DNA from: Octopus vulgaris
Taxonomy: Eukaryota
NCBI GenBank assembly: GCA_951406725.2
Contig: OX597831.1
Location: 73,346,001-73,410,000 of the forward strand
Direction of reading: 5' to 3'
DNA: 64,000 bases
In this document: positions 48,230 through 61,429 of the stretch, piece after piece
Numbering within the stretch: the first letter of the stretch is position 1
Layout: each line of letters opens with the position of its first letter
Position numbers and translations under genes: made by a program
Notes under the pieces: generated by a model
Seen by the model: only the letters and a program-made list of their open reading frames with translations
What the model was told of the DNA's origin: nothing
Database searches by the model: none

Positions 48230-48565
48230 CTGTTTAGTCGTTAGGCTGTTGCCATGCTGGAGCACCACCTTGGATAATTTTAGTCAAACGAATCGATCCC
48301 AGGACTTATTCTATGTAAGCCTGGTACTTAATCTATTGGTCTCTTTTGCCGAACCGCTAAGTTACAGGTACATAAACACACCAACACTGGTTGTCAAGTT
48401 GTGGTGGCAGTGGGACAAACAGTAACAGAAAGACACATACATACATATGATGGGCTTCTTTCAGTTTCCATCTACCAAATCCATTGCTCACTGTGACATG
48501 GAGTAGGATTGAACCTGGAACCGTGTGGTTGGGAAGCAAACTTCACACAACACAGCCACTCTTGT
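48230..48565 (-). mobile_element. SINE family A copy (diverged)
   Basis: Similarity to the consensus. Confidence 0.82.
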
Positions 48566-48851
48566 ACCTGTATGTATATCTCATTCTCTGTCTGTGTGTC
48601 TGTACGCATAAAGAAGTCAAGCCTACAGTGGAATATCCATGAATGAGAGAAGAGTTCCAGGACTTTAGGTATGATAGAAGCACAGGACTATATAACAGTT
48701 GGCAGATGTGTCCAAGAACTGCACCATAATCCAAACCCTGTTTTGGTGTAGTTTCTACAGCTGACCGTTTTCTGTTGTGTACCAGGTGATTTTGACAAGA
48801 CACCAGTCAGAACAATGTCACCATTGCAGCCTGCTCAGCTGTGAACCTTAA

Positions 48852-49073
48852 CCCTTTCGTTACCAACCTGGCTGCGACCAGCTCTGGTTCTGTAGTACAA
48901 ATGTCTTGTTTTCATAAGTTTTGAATTAAAATCTTCCACCAAACCTTAGTCACAATTTATGCTCCTAACACTAGCTTAATGATAATGAAGTTATTTTACT
49001 AAATCCTTTGTTAGATTTAAAATTAATTGAAAGAAACACAGAGCATCTCAAAATAAATACAGTAATGAAAGGG
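48852..49073. mobile_element. piggyBac-type MITE family 2
   Basis: TTAA-ccctttcgttac ... gtaatgaaaggg-TTAA (TTAA at 48848 and 49074). Confidence 0.82.
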
Positions 49074-49394
49074 TTAAGAGAGGCAGCTTTGTGCTAATTG
49101 ATAAGATGAGTTAAAGGATGAGAGAAGGGGTCAGGGCTGAACAGGTTTCTTGCTATAGATGAGCTTGATGGCTGCTTACATCTTAGAGAAGGTAGGGGAC
49201 AATTGGGACCGAATGGGGAAGAGTTTATAATTAATGGTGATGAGGCATCTGGGTGAACCTGTAAGGTGTGTGGGGAATGGAAGTGAAAGGAGGTGGGGGG
49301 CGATGAACTGGGAATGTGGGTGTAGGTTGCAAGGGAGGGTGGGATGCAAAGAATAAGTGTTGAAGGGTCAGTGCAGTGAATGATAGATAATGAG

Positions 49395-49612
49395 GAAATG
49401 TTAGTGCGCTGGGCGGGCGAAATGCTTAGCGGTATTTCGTCTGTCGTTACATTCTGAGTTCAAATTCCGCCGAGGTCAACTTTGCCTTTCATCCTTTCGG
49501 GGTCGATAAATTAAGTACCAGTTACGCACTGGGGTCGATATAATCGACTTAATACCTATGTCTGTCCTTGTTTGTCCCTTCTATGTTTAGCCCCTTGTGG
49601 GTAATAAAGAAA
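49395..49612 (+). mobile_element. 5'-truncated SINE family B copy with TSD atagataatgag
   Basis: TSD at ~49383 and ~49611. Confidence 0.85.
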
Positions 49613-50013
49613 TAGATAATGAGTGGGGCAGTGACCAGGGATAAATGAGGGTGGACAGCAGCATAGTAATGATAATATAGTAGATAGGAGGAGGAGGAGG
49701 ATGTGTGAATGGGTAAATGGCCAGTGTGTGGTGAGGAAAGAGAGGCAGGTAAAGCCACAGGTGGGAAGTGGGGGATGGTGGGATGAAGAAAGGAAGAAAT
49801 ACAAACCTGAGTGGATAGTCTATGAAATTTGTGATTTCAGAGAAGAGGAAGCCATTGTAGAATGTGTAGAGAGGAGAAATTTTATATCTGTGGTGGGATT
49901 GTGTTTGGGGAGTGACTCTCTCAGCTAGTCACTTAAATGACATTATTTTAGGGGTAGGATCTAGGGTGTGTGTATTTTATATGTAGCAGCAGCAGCAGCA
50001 TCATTGCACATAT

Positions 50014-50965
50014 GTGAGCATCGTAGTCCAGTGAGCATCGTAGTCCAGTGAGCATCGTAGTCCAGTGAGCATCGTAGTCCAGTGAGCATCGTAGTCCAGT
50101 GAGCATCGTAGTCCAGTGAGCATCGTAGTCCAATGAGCATCGTAGTCCAGTGAGCATCGTAGTCCAGTGAGCATCGTAGTCCAGTGAGCATCGTAGTCCA
50201 ATGAGCATCGTAGTCCAGTGAGCATCGTAGTCCAGTGAGCATCGTAGTCCAGTGAGCATCGTAGTCCAGTGAGCATCGTAGTCCAGTGAGCATCGTAGTC
50301 CAGTGAGCATCGTAGTCCAGTGAGCATCGTAGTCCAGTGAGCATCGTAGTCCAGTGAGCATCGTAGTCCAGTGAGCATCGTAGTCCAATGAGCATCGTAG
50401 TCCAGTGAGCATCGTAGTCCAGTGAGCATCGTAGTCCAGTGAGCATCGTAGTCCAGTGAGCATCGTAGTCCAGTGAGCATCGTAGTCCAGTGAGCATCGT
50501 AGTCCAGTGAGCATCGTAGTCCAATGAGCATCGTAGTCCAATGAGCATCGTAGTCCAGTGAGCATCGTAGTCCAATGAGCATCGTAGTCCAGTGAGCATC
50601 GTAGTCCAGTGAGCATCGTAGTCCAATGAGCATCGTAGTCCAGTGAGCATCGTAGTCCAGTGAGCATCGTAGTCCAGTGAGCATCGTAGTCCAATGAGCA
50701 TCGTAGTCCAGTGAGCATCGTAGTCCAGTGAGCATCGTAGTCCAGTGAGCATCGTAGTCCAGTGAGCATCGTAGTCCAGTGAGCATCGTAGTCCAATGAG
50801 CATCGTAGTCCAGTGAGCATCGTAGTCCAGTGAGCATCGTAGTCCAGTGAGCATCGTAGTCCAGTGAGCATCGTAGTCCAATGAGCATCGTAGTCCAATG
50901 AGCATCGTAGTCCAATGAGCATCGTAGTCCAGTGAGCATCGTAGTCCAGTGAGCATCGTAGTCCA
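50014..50965. repeat. Minisatellite: 56 x 17-bp unit (G/A)TGAGCATCGTAGTCCA
   Basis: 952 bp = 56 x 17; only one variable position (G/A). Confidence 0.97.
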
Positions 50966-50982
50966 ATGTTGGTCCAACTTAA

Positions 50983-51202
50983 CCCTTTAGCATTCAGACT
51001 TCTTTGTGAAGTTTATTGCTCATTTATTCCTACTGTTTTGAATTAATCACATATTATTTTATAACTTCAAAATTTAAATGGTGTGGCTATGTATTTTTAA
51101 AATGACGTTGTAGGGTAGGTGTGAGAGGTTGGATCCAGACAGTTTTAATATAAAACAGGTGGAATATTTGGGCCAGATATGGCCGGATTAAATGCTAAAG
51201 GG
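50983..51202. mobile_element. piggyBac-type MITE family 1, full length
   Basis: TTAA TSDs (50979, 51203) and perfect 12-bp TIRs ccctttagcatt/aatgctaaaggg. Confidence 0.88.
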
Positions 51203-51749
51203 TTAATCAACTGGTCAAATCTGAACTATTTTCTTTCTCTGAAGAAGAACTAAACTTTGATGTCATCCAAGGGATACTAAGAAACAGAAAGCTGTATGGC
51301 AGAGAAAGACAACATGCTGACATCATCCCAAGGAATGTCAAGCTCCAAAAAAGACCAAGATTAGGGGCTATGTACTGCTGTTGTGGTGCCAGAACTATTT
51401 GATCCACACTGAAAAACTCAATGTTAAAGCCAACATTCTTTGAGGGTGATGAATTTTCTGGTGGCACAATTGTTAAAATACCAAATTCCTGCAACATATT
51501 TAGGTTTGTGTTTATTATTCGACCTCTTATACTCACCATACTAATGCCATATGATCACATGACTTCCTGCTTGGCCATTTTTTATTGTCTTCACTTCCTG
51601 TTTTGTGATAATCTGATCACACAATACCAGCTTGGAAATCACAGAACAAAGTTGCAAGGCTAAAAGAGTTTTCTGGAAATGTATGTACGGTTTAGGAGTT
51701 GGTATTCTTGTCGGGTTAGAATGTGTGTCGTGACACTCTATATTCTATT

Positions 51750-51975
51750 CTTTTTTTTATTTGTTTCAGTCATTTGATGACATCCATGCTGGGGCACCGC
51801 CTTTGGTCAAGCAAATCGACCACAGGACTTATTCTTTGTAAGCCTAGTACTTATTCTATCGGTCTCTCTTGCTGAACCACTAAGTGACGGGGACATGAAC
51901 ACACAAGCATCGGTTGTCAAGCAATGCTAGGGGAACAAACACAGACACACAAACATATACATACACACACACGCG

Positions 51976-52007
<32 letters not shown>

Positions 52008-52171
52008 CGATGGGCTTCTTTCAGTTTCTGTCTACCAAATCCACTCACAAGGCTTTGGTCGGCCCGAGGCTATAGTAGAAAACACTTGCCCAAGGTGCCA
52101 CGCAGTGGGACTGAACCTGGAACCATGTGGTTGGTAAGCAAGCTACTTACCACACAGCCACTCCTGCGCCT
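51750..52171 (-). mobile_element. SINE family A copy
   Basis: Near-identical to other young copies. Confidence 0.9.
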
Positions 52172-52734
52172 ACAGCATTTTCTGGAAGGGAGGGGGTGGA
52201 TGGCCAATGGTTGCATCAACACCTATGTGTTTCGTCTCTCCTGCAACATTCTGAAGAGATGCAATGCCACCCCTGCCCAGGCACGTTTGGTCATTGACAG
52301 AACATGCCATGAAATACAACATAAAGTAGAAGATTAAGAGAAACACAAGGTTTACTTCAATAGCAGCAGGAATGCCCAGCCCACAACTCCCCCTGAAAAC
52401 ACTACATACAGAGTACATCCAACACACATTTTAACCCTTCAAGAATACCAGCCATTAAACCATTTCCAGAAAACTTTTGTAGCCTTGCAGCACCACCCAA
52501 AGGCATTTTTTGTTCAGTTCACTTTGTTGTCTTCTTTCACAGCAACCACAAACCAGATGTCTTTTCGCCTCCAACATTAGAGAGCAGTTACCATATTTTC
52601 TTCCATAACTGCCATCTCTGAAGAGTACAGATCTACATAACTGGGCTGTTACCTAACATCCGGTTGCATCCCTAGTGTGAAACTAATTGGTAAGATTGGC
52701 CATAATGGATATATAATACTGTACACTTAGATTG

Positions 52735-52974
52735 ATATATATCTGCATGTGTATATATATGTGTGTGTATGCATATATATATATGTGTGTGTGTGTGTAT
52801 GTGTGTGTGTGTATGCATATATATGTGTGTGCGTGTGTGTATGCATATATATATGTGTGTGTGTATGCATATATATGTGTGTGTGTATGCATATGTGTGT
52901 GTGTGTGTATGCATATATATATATATGTGTGTGTGTGTGTATGCACATATATATATATATGTGTGTGTATATGC

Positions 52975-53006
<32 letters not shown>

Positions 53007-53010
53007 ATGC

Positions 53011-53042
<32 letters not shown>

Positions 53043-53076
53043 ATGTATGCACACACACACATATATATATATATAT
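52735..53076. repeat. Compound microsatellite (TG)n-TATGCA-(TA)n units
   Basis: Directly visible. Confidence 0.92.
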
Positions 53077-53509
53077 TGATTGATTGATAATCACTGGTGT
53101 GTTCTCTAAAATTAATTGGTATTTTGTAGGTTACCAGGTTAAATTTTATTGTTTTGGATTTTTTGAACATTTTCCGCAGTTCTTAGATAGATTCTGCAAC
53201 AAACATTGAACAATCAATACACACACACACACATTCATATTTACGTCTGTTTTTCCATGTCAGCATGGGTTACATGGATATATTGCAGGGACATTGCTGT
53301 CCAACAGGATGCTCTCCCTGTCACCAACCCTCATCTATTTTTCAAGTAAGAGAACTTTTATTCCACATGTTGCTATAGCAGCTTTTTTTCATCTTCTCTT
53401 ATTATTCAGTATATAAGACTTCACCTTGAATGGTCTGTGGACTGAGATCTCCTTTGACAGGAAAACTGGTTTTCCATTGTAGCTACCGAATCTAAGTGTA
53501 CTAATTTAG

Positions 53510-54020
53510 GCAGTCAAGAGAGGAGACGATGTTGGTTTGGACATGTAAAGCATATGAATGAAGACACGTATAAAGAAATGCATACAGAACTGCTGGTCAG
53601 TGAAGGTGGACAGCACCTATTTCTTTACTACCCACCAGGGGCTAAACACAGGGGTAACAAACAAGGACAGACAAAGGAATTAAGTCGATTAGATCGACCC
53701 AAGTGCGTAACTGGTACTTAATTCCTCGACCCCAGTGCGTAACTGGTACTTAATTCCTCGACCCCGAAAGGATGAAAGGCAAAGTCGACCTTGGCGGAAT
53801 TTGAACTCGGAACGTAACGACAGACGAAATACGGCTACACATTTTGCCCGGCGTGCTAACGTTTCTGCCAGCTCGCTGTGGACAGCACCTGTGGAAAACC
53901 CAGGAAGACATGGGGTGAAGTGGTGAGGACCGATCTTAGGATGTTGGGGCTCACAGAGGAAGTGACAATAGACCGAGATGTCTGGCGATATGAGGTTCGA
54001 GAGAAGACCTGCCCACATCA
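53510..54020 (+). mobile_element. Old RTE 3' fragment interrupted by a family B SINE (-, ~53620-53877; TSD gtggacagcacct; internal 32-bp tandem duplication)
   Basis: RRCWFGHV..PRKTW peptide remnants; TSD at 53607 and 53878. Confidence 0.8.
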
Positions 54021-54359
54021 GCAAATTTGAGTTCTAGAAGTGTTGTGCTCCACCCATACGTAACAATAAAATTTTCATGCACCCTACCCCAACAAACCAA
54101 ACTACAGCCCCTTTTCCCAAAATCTTCCTTTCCTCACATTTCCTCTTCGTACTCTATGGTTGTCTCCCTGTTTCTCCCTGCTTGTTAACTCTTGCTCTCT
54201 TTCTCACCCTCTCTTCTCTCTCTGGCTAGATAACCATGGACGGCCCCCCCCCTCCCTGCAGCAAAACCCCTGTTTTTGTCTCTCGGTCACACTAACCTTT
54301 CATCGTCTGACACAAGATTTTCCTCCCCTCTCAAAGATTCCTTGTCTTGCAAGTTACTT

Positions 54360-55165
54360 GGTGACCCTGTCAGTGCAGGTGCCTCTTAAAAAGCATCCAG
54401 TCCACACTGTAAAATGGTTGGCATTTGGAAGGGCATCCAGCTGTGATAAAACCATACCGAAACTGACCTCGCCTGTGCGAGTGCCACGTAAAAAGCACTC
54501 AGCCCACTCTGTGGGGTGGTCGGTGTTAGGAAAGGCATCCAGCTGTAAAAACCATGCTAAAACACACACAAGCATTTGGCCAGCTCCTGTCAAACCATCC
54601 AACCTATGCCAGCACGTAAGGACATTAAACGATGATGATGAAGGCTTGTGACATCACTTTAGTGTTGTGGTTGGAACAGCTGCACGGTTTGCAGTAGATG
54701 TGAAGTTCAAATCCCTATGTGGGATGGTATGACTTTTCCCTGTTTTATTCATCCCTCTTTCTCTCTCTAACCATCGGAATTTTATGTTTCTGTGTCTACA
54801 TCATCATCATCATCATCATCATCATCATTTAGCGTCCGTTTTCCATGCTAGCATGGGTTGGACGGTTCAACTGGGGTCTGTGAAGCCAGAAGGCTGCATC
54901 AGGCCCAGTCTGATCTGGCAGTGTTTCTCTGGCTGGATGCCCTTCCTAACGCCAACCACTCCGTGAGTGTAGTGGGTGCTTTTTACGTGCCAGATGGGGC
55001 TGGCAAACGGCCACGGACGGATGGTGCTTTTTACGTGCCACCGGCACAGGGGCCAGGCGAGGCTGGCAATGGCCACGATCGGATGGTGCTTTTAACGTGC
55101 CACCGGCACGGGGGCCAGGCGAGGCTGGCAACGGCCACGATCGGATGGTGCTTTTTACGTGCCAC
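54360..55165. mobile_element. Two tail-to-tail RTE 3'-UTR fragments (54360-54641 +; 54800-55165 -)
   Basis: ggaagggcatccagc motif, gtgccggtggcac repeats, (GAT)n tails. Confidence 0.82.
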
Positions 55166-56529
55166 ATAGGATATAAACCACAGCTATCAAACCTGGAGCA
55201 ATTAACAAGTATTATTGTGTATAAAACTGGCCCTCCATTGGTTATGAAGGTGCCAATCGATCTGATCAATGCAACAGCCTGCTTGTGAAATTAACGTGTA
55301 AGTGGCTGAGCACTCCACAGACTCGTGCACCCTTAACATAATTCTCAGGGAGATTCAGCAAAACACAGAATATTACAAGGTTGGCCCCACTTGAATTACA
55401 GGTAAAACTCATTTTTGCCAACTGAACGGACTGGAACAAGGTGAAATGAAATGTCTTGCTGAAGGACACAATGGGTGGTGGAATCAAACTCACGACCTTG
55501 TGATTGCCAGCCGGATTCCCTAACCCCTAAGCCATGCACCTTCCATGTCTTATTTATTATTTAGGAGCCACATTCCAATAATGGAGTGGGAATTAGCTTC
55601 AAATACCAGCTTGCTTCTCCCCCCCCTCACCGCCACCTTCCCCAAATTTCGCTCCTGGTACTTATGTACCTCCCACCTCCATTCTCTCTCTCTCTCTCTA
55701 CCTTACCCCCCACCACACACCATTCAAATGCCACTCTGACAAACACCTACAATGACAGCTTTTACAAGTCAGGTTTATTTACCTGCTGCCTGTCTTCAAA
55801 TTGAGGGGGTTTTTAACCTGACAACTCAAGACACCTCTTCGTCCCCTTCCCCAACCCTGGTTGTTCTCTGTTTTCCCCCTCCCCCTCCAACCTTTCTTAT
55901 CAATGCTGACTCATTCAACATTTCACTGGGGTGGGGAATCTGATGTGTGTTGATGACTCTCCTCTCAACATTACTATCATTTCAAAAGGTATGAGCAGAA
56001 TTGCGACCTATGTCTCCCCTCCTACTGGCTCTACGTCCTGAGTTCAAATCCTGCCAAGCTCATCCTTTTGGGGTTCCATACAATAAAGACCCAGTCAAAC
56101 ACTTGAGTTAATGATGTCAACTTAACCCCCCCCCCGTTCCCTTCAAAATTGTTGATCCTTTGGCCTCAATCAGAAACCATTATTCAAACGAAGGAAGCTG
56201 GCTGAATCTTTTGAGCAGCATTTGTTCTGATGCTTTTCATTCTGAGTTCAAATCCTACCTGTGTCACTTTTGTCATTCTTCCAGGGTCCATAAAATAAAG
56301 GACAATACTAGAATGAAAGGTGTTGGTGACCACCTCCCTCAAAATAGTTGGCCTTGGGCCTAAGTCAGAAATTAATATTATTTCAGTGATGTTAAGGTAA
56401 CGAGCTGGCAGATTCGTTAGCAAGCTGGACAAAATGCTTCACGGCATTTGTTGTCCTTACGTCCTGAGTTCAAATTCTGCTTGGTGAATTGACTCGTTAT
56501 CACCTGAGTCAATTATATCTTATCCTTTA

Positions 56530-56757
56530 AGGCGGCGAGCTGGCAGAATCGTTAGCACGCCGGGCGAAATGCTTTGCGGTATTTCGTCTGCCGCTGCGTT
56601 CTGAGTTCAAATTCCGCCGAGGTTGACTTTGCCTTTCATCCTTTCGGGGTTGATAAATTAAGTACCAGTTACACACTGGGGTCGTTGTAATCGACTTAAT
56701 ACCTATGTCTATCTTTGTTTGTCCTCTCTGTGTTTAGCCCCTTGTGGGTAATAAGAA
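56530..56757 (+). mobile_element. Full-length SINE family B copy with TSD atatcttatcctttaa
   Basis: TSD at ~56515 and ~56763. Confidence 0.9.
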
Positions 56758-57218
56758 AACATATATCTTATCCTTTAATGCCCCTTGGAACTATATTTTA
56801 TTAACCTTGAAGGGATAAAAAGTTTAATCAACTCTGACTGGATTTGAACTCTGAAACTAAATACAACCTTTTCTGATTCTCTCCTACTTCTGACATCCCA
56901 CTGTCTTTGAGTGAAATAATGGGTTCTGCTTTAGATACAAGGCCAGCAATTTTGAGTGGAGGGGGCTTCAGGGATCACATCCATTCCAGTATTTGACAGG
57001 GATTTTATTTTATTAACCCTTTTGATCTCATAAAGTGTTAGAACAAATACTGCTCTAATTATTAACAATTAAATATCTTGCAGTGTTGATCTCATTGGAG
57101 ATTTAGCTGCTTTTCCTAACAGGTCAAGAGGTTGCATAGAGATACTTTATTGTGAACGGTTCTGTATCTCCTTGTTCTGAGTTCAAATTCTGCAGATGTT
57201 AGTTAAACAAAATACACA

Positions 57219-60105
57219 TTCATCATCATCATCATCATCATCGTTATCATTTAATGTCTGCTTTCCATGCTGGCAATGGTTAGACTGGAACTGGCAATCC
57301 GAGAGCTGTTCCAGGCTCCAGTGTGATTTTGGCTTCGTTTGTGTGGCTGCAATGCCCTTCCTAATGCCAACCACTCCAAGAGTGTAGGGGGTACCTTTAA
57401 TGTGCCACTAGCATGGGTGCCGTTTTCATGCCACCAACATGGGTGCTTTTGTGTCACTGACACTGGCCACAACTAGGATTTCACTTGATGAGTCTTCTCA
57501 AGCACAGCAAATCACCCAAAGGACTTGATCACATGTCATCACCTCCGTGAGACCCAACTTTCAAAGATCAGGCTTCACCACCTCCTCTCATGTCTTCCTG
57601 GTCTACCTCTACCAGAGCTTCCCTCCACAGTTAGAGATCGGCTTTTCTTTACACAGCTGTCCTTGTCCATATGCATCACATGACCATACCAGCACAGTTG
57701 TCTCTCTTGCACACCACATCTGATTCCTCTTTTGCTTAACTTTACTCTCAAGATGCTTATGCTCTGTCATACATGCTCACTGACATTGCACATCCAGTGA
57801 AGCATACTAGCTTTATTTCTTTCAAGCCTTCGCATCTCATCTGCAGTCACAGCCCATGTCTCACTACCATGTAGCATGGCACACAGGCATCATATAGTCT
57901 GCCCTTGTGCAGTGAGCTGGCAGAAACGTTAGCATGCCGGGCGAAATGCGTAGCCGTATTTCGTCTGTCGTTACGTTGTGAGTTCAAATTCCGCCGAGGT
58001 CGACTTTGCCTTTCATCCTTCCGGGGTCGATAAATTAAGTACCAGGTACGCACTGGGATCGATGTAATTGACTTATGTCTGTCCTTGTTTGTCCTCTCTG
58101 TGTTTAGCCCCTTGTGGGTAATAAAGAAAATATATATAGTCTGCCCTTCACTCTGAGGGAGAGGCCCTTAGTTACCAAAAAAGGTAGATGTTCTCTGAAC
58201 CTTGCTCAGCCTATTCTTATTCTAGTAGCTATGATCTCAGAGCATCCACCTCCACTGCTGAATTGGTCACCTAGGTAACAGAAGCTGTCAACTACTTCTA
58301 GGGTTTCTCCTCTGGCATTTGATGGAGTCTATTTTCTGTACATTTCTAGTGTTTATTGTACCTGTACATCTGCCAAACACAAAGACTATTTTCCTCATTA
58401 ACCTTCCTCTGATATTGTTGCACCTCTTATGTATCCATAGCTTGCACCAGGAGTTTCTACAAATCGAGCAGGGCCATCTACCTGAAGGGATTTGTGATTT
58501 GTCTGCTTTCCTACTTACTAAGACTTTGGTTTTTGCTTGATTAACTCTAAGGCCCTTTGACTCAAGACCTTGCTTCCACATCTGAAATTTCTTCTCTAGT
58601 TCAGGTAGTGATTAAGCTATAAGAACAAGGTCATCAACATAGAGGAGCCCCCAGGGGCAGCCTGACTTAAATTCTTTTGTTATTGCCTGGAGGACTAAGA
58701 TGAACAAGAGGGGGATGAGCACTGATCCTTGGTGAACTCCTGCTTTTACCCTGAAATCATTGCTATACTTGTCGTCAACCCTCACCTTACTGACAGCATC
58801 CCTGTACACCTCTCATCTATCCTTAGTTTACACAATGACCACCAGACGAAGGAGCAGAGGACCCTGTTGAAGGCTTTCTCCCTGTCAGCAAAAGCCAAAT
58901 ACAGGGGTTTATTTTTGACTAAGTACTTCTGCAGCTGCCTTACCAGAAATATAGCATCAGTGGTGCTTCTCCCTGGCATAAAACCAAACTGCATCTCATC
59001 TAGACTAACTCCCTTCCTAATTAGTTAGACTATGACCTGCTCCATAACTTTCATCACCTTATCCATCTAATTATTTCTATCTAAGGCATCACCTTTGCCT
59101 TTGTAGCAGTTGACTATGATGATGTTATACCAGTCATTGGATATGACCCCCTTATGTACAACTTGATTGACTATACAGGTGATGGGACCATAATACACAC
59201 TGCCAGATATCTTAAGCATCCCAGCAGTGATTCCTGATGGGCTGGGAGGCTTTCCCAGTTTTCATAAATTTATCTAACAAGCTGCTGTCTATTTGGATAG
59301 CTGATCCCTCTGTTGGATCCACATTAGTTCTTTACATTTAGCAGCCTTTCATAGAGGCACCTCCAAACCCCTTTCTTTGCAGAGTCACTAACTGTAAGGG
59401 AACCGTCTTCCATGTGAATGTACTTCTCTCCTACAACAGCACAATTTCCCCTGGCACCCTGTCTTGCAAACCAAAACACTTCAAGTTGCTGATCCTCACA
59501 CTGCAAAACATTGGCAAACTGCTTCCTTTCTGCTTCACCCCTGGGTAAGTACACCTGCCTCCTAGCTTCCCTTCTAACTACCTGGTATAATTCCTTGCTC
59601 TAATGATCTTGTCAACTACATTGTTCCACCACCATGTCACTCTAGGTCTTGTTAGGACTTGGCACCAGCCACACAGTTGCTCTGTGGCTTTCAGAAAGTC
59701 GTCGTCTCACAGGAATTGCCAGTTATCCTTTGTTACATGTCTGTAAATGCTTCAGTAAAGATGTCTCTAAATCTCTGACTATTCAGAGAATTCTTAAGCT
59801 TCCAGGTCCTTCTTTTCCAAACTGGCTTGCTTCTTGCAATCCTCTGTGCCTGTAGTCTGAAATCACTAATGACTAATTTATGCTGAGGGGTTACATTCTT
59901 CACCAAGGAAGGGCTTTGCATTTATGAGCAACCATGAATCTTGCTTTCTGGTGAGAATGTAGTCAATCTGGTTAGCATGGTCACTGGATTGATAGGTTAT
60001 CAGGTGAATGGCTGGTTTCTTGAAGTTGGTGTTGCAGAGCGTTAGGGCATTCGTATCACAGGGCTCCAGCAGCCTTGTTCCCTCCTCATTTTGGGAACAC
60101 ACACA
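57219..60105 (-). mobile_element. Longest RTE LINE copy (part of APE endonuclease, RT with PHD remnant, 3' UTR), degenerate; family B SINE nested at 57912-58128 (TSD atatagtctgccctt)
   Basis: NEEGTRLLE..CNTNFKK..QIDYILTRK, QHKLVISDF, MQFGFMPGRSTTDAIF, GVHQGSVL.PLLF, YVDDL, GRWPCSIC. Confidence 0.92.
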
Positions 60106-60112
60106 CATATAT

Positions 60113-60400
60113 CACCGTGACCAACCAGGCTATCAGATGTTGCTACACATCGCTGGTCACAATGCGCTTCACATTGTTTTAGCCTTGAAATAATGCCATC
60201 CCACTGGCTAAGCGAACAAGCCAACAGAAGAAAGAGTGAGAGAAAGTTATGGCGAAAGAGTACAGCAGGGATCGCCACCACCCCCTACCAGAACCTCGTG
60301 GAGCTTTAGGTGTTTTCGCTCAATAAACACTCACAACGCCTGGTCTGGGAATCGAAACCGCGAGTCTGCTCCCCTAACCACTGGGCCATTGCGCCTCCAC
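60113..60400 (-). mobile_element. SINE family D (tRNA-like head ggaggcgcaatggcccagtggttagg..ggtttcgattcc)
   Basis: Pol III A/B boxes on the minus strand; CpG-rich body distinct from families A-C. Confidence 0.7.
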
Positions 60401-60817
60401 ATATATATATATGTGTAGGCACAAGTTTAGCTGTGTGGTTATGAAGTTTGCTTTCCAACCACATGGTTTAAGGTTCACCTCACTGTGTGACATCTTGGGC
60501 AAGTCTCTTACTATGGCCCTGAGCTGGCAAAAGCCTTGAGAGTGGATTTGGTGGATAAAAACTGAAAGGAAATCTATCATGTATACATGTGTATGTCTGT
60601 GTCTCCTTGTCGTGACATCGCATAAAAGTTGTAAAAAGATCGTTATACAAACTGTGTGAATCATTTCTAAAATTCTGCAAAAACATGTCAGGTGAGGAGG
60701 AAGGAATATCTTGCTTGGAAATGGGGGTTGGCAAGAGGAAGGGTATCTGGCTGTAGAAAATTCAATAAAATGCATCAAACCCATGCATCGAAAAATGGAC
60801 AGTAAAACGATGATGAA

Positions 60818-61370
60818 TATGATATATATATATATATATATAAAAAGGAAATGAAGAAAATGCTGACAAAATAATTTAAGTAAGGGAGAGTGTATTTAAA
60901 GTAAGGGTCTTTTACAGTGTTCTGTTTCAGAATAAGATATTTAGTAAAAGCGTGTAATATACAGTTTTTTTGTGGAAAAGTTCAATGTCAGATTTCAGTG
61001 TAGAATAAAAAAAGTAAGAGTTTACCGGTTGCGCATTTGTTATGCTTATCAAAAGATATTTTGAGTGAGATAGAGTTCCTTTCTGATTGATTTTTTTCTC
61101 TTATCAGATAAAATCAATCAGAAAGGAACTCTATCTCACCAAAATATCTTTTGATAAGCATAACAAATGCGCAACCGGTAAACTCTTACTTTTTTATTCT
61201 ACACTGAAATCTGACATTGAACTTTTCCACAAAAAAACTGTATATTACACGCTTTTACTAAATATCTTATTCTGAAACAGAACACTGTAAAAGACCCTTA
61301 CTTTAAATACACTCTCCCTTACTTAAATTATTTTGTCAGCATTTTCTTCATTTCCTTTTTATATATCATA
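60818..61370. repeat. Large near-perfect palindrome (~255-bp arms, 15-nt loop 61095-61109)
   Basis: By eye the arms differ by only two single-base indels plus TA-length variation. Confidence 0.95.
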
Positions 61371-61429
61371 ACTCGTGTTCCACATCTCCTTTTTTAAATA
61401 TATATATATATATATATATACATACATAC

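Noticed and set aside
49948-50977. Three 320-340 aa repeat ORFs, or a CRISPR-like array
   Set aside because: A pure 17-bp tandem repeat with no spacers; the same peptide in all three frames is an arithmetic consequence.
51207-52427. ORFs as a second host gene or L1/Tx1 fragment (GLGIP motif)
   Set aside because: Only a 5-residue resemblance, with no supporting RT motifs or splice structure.
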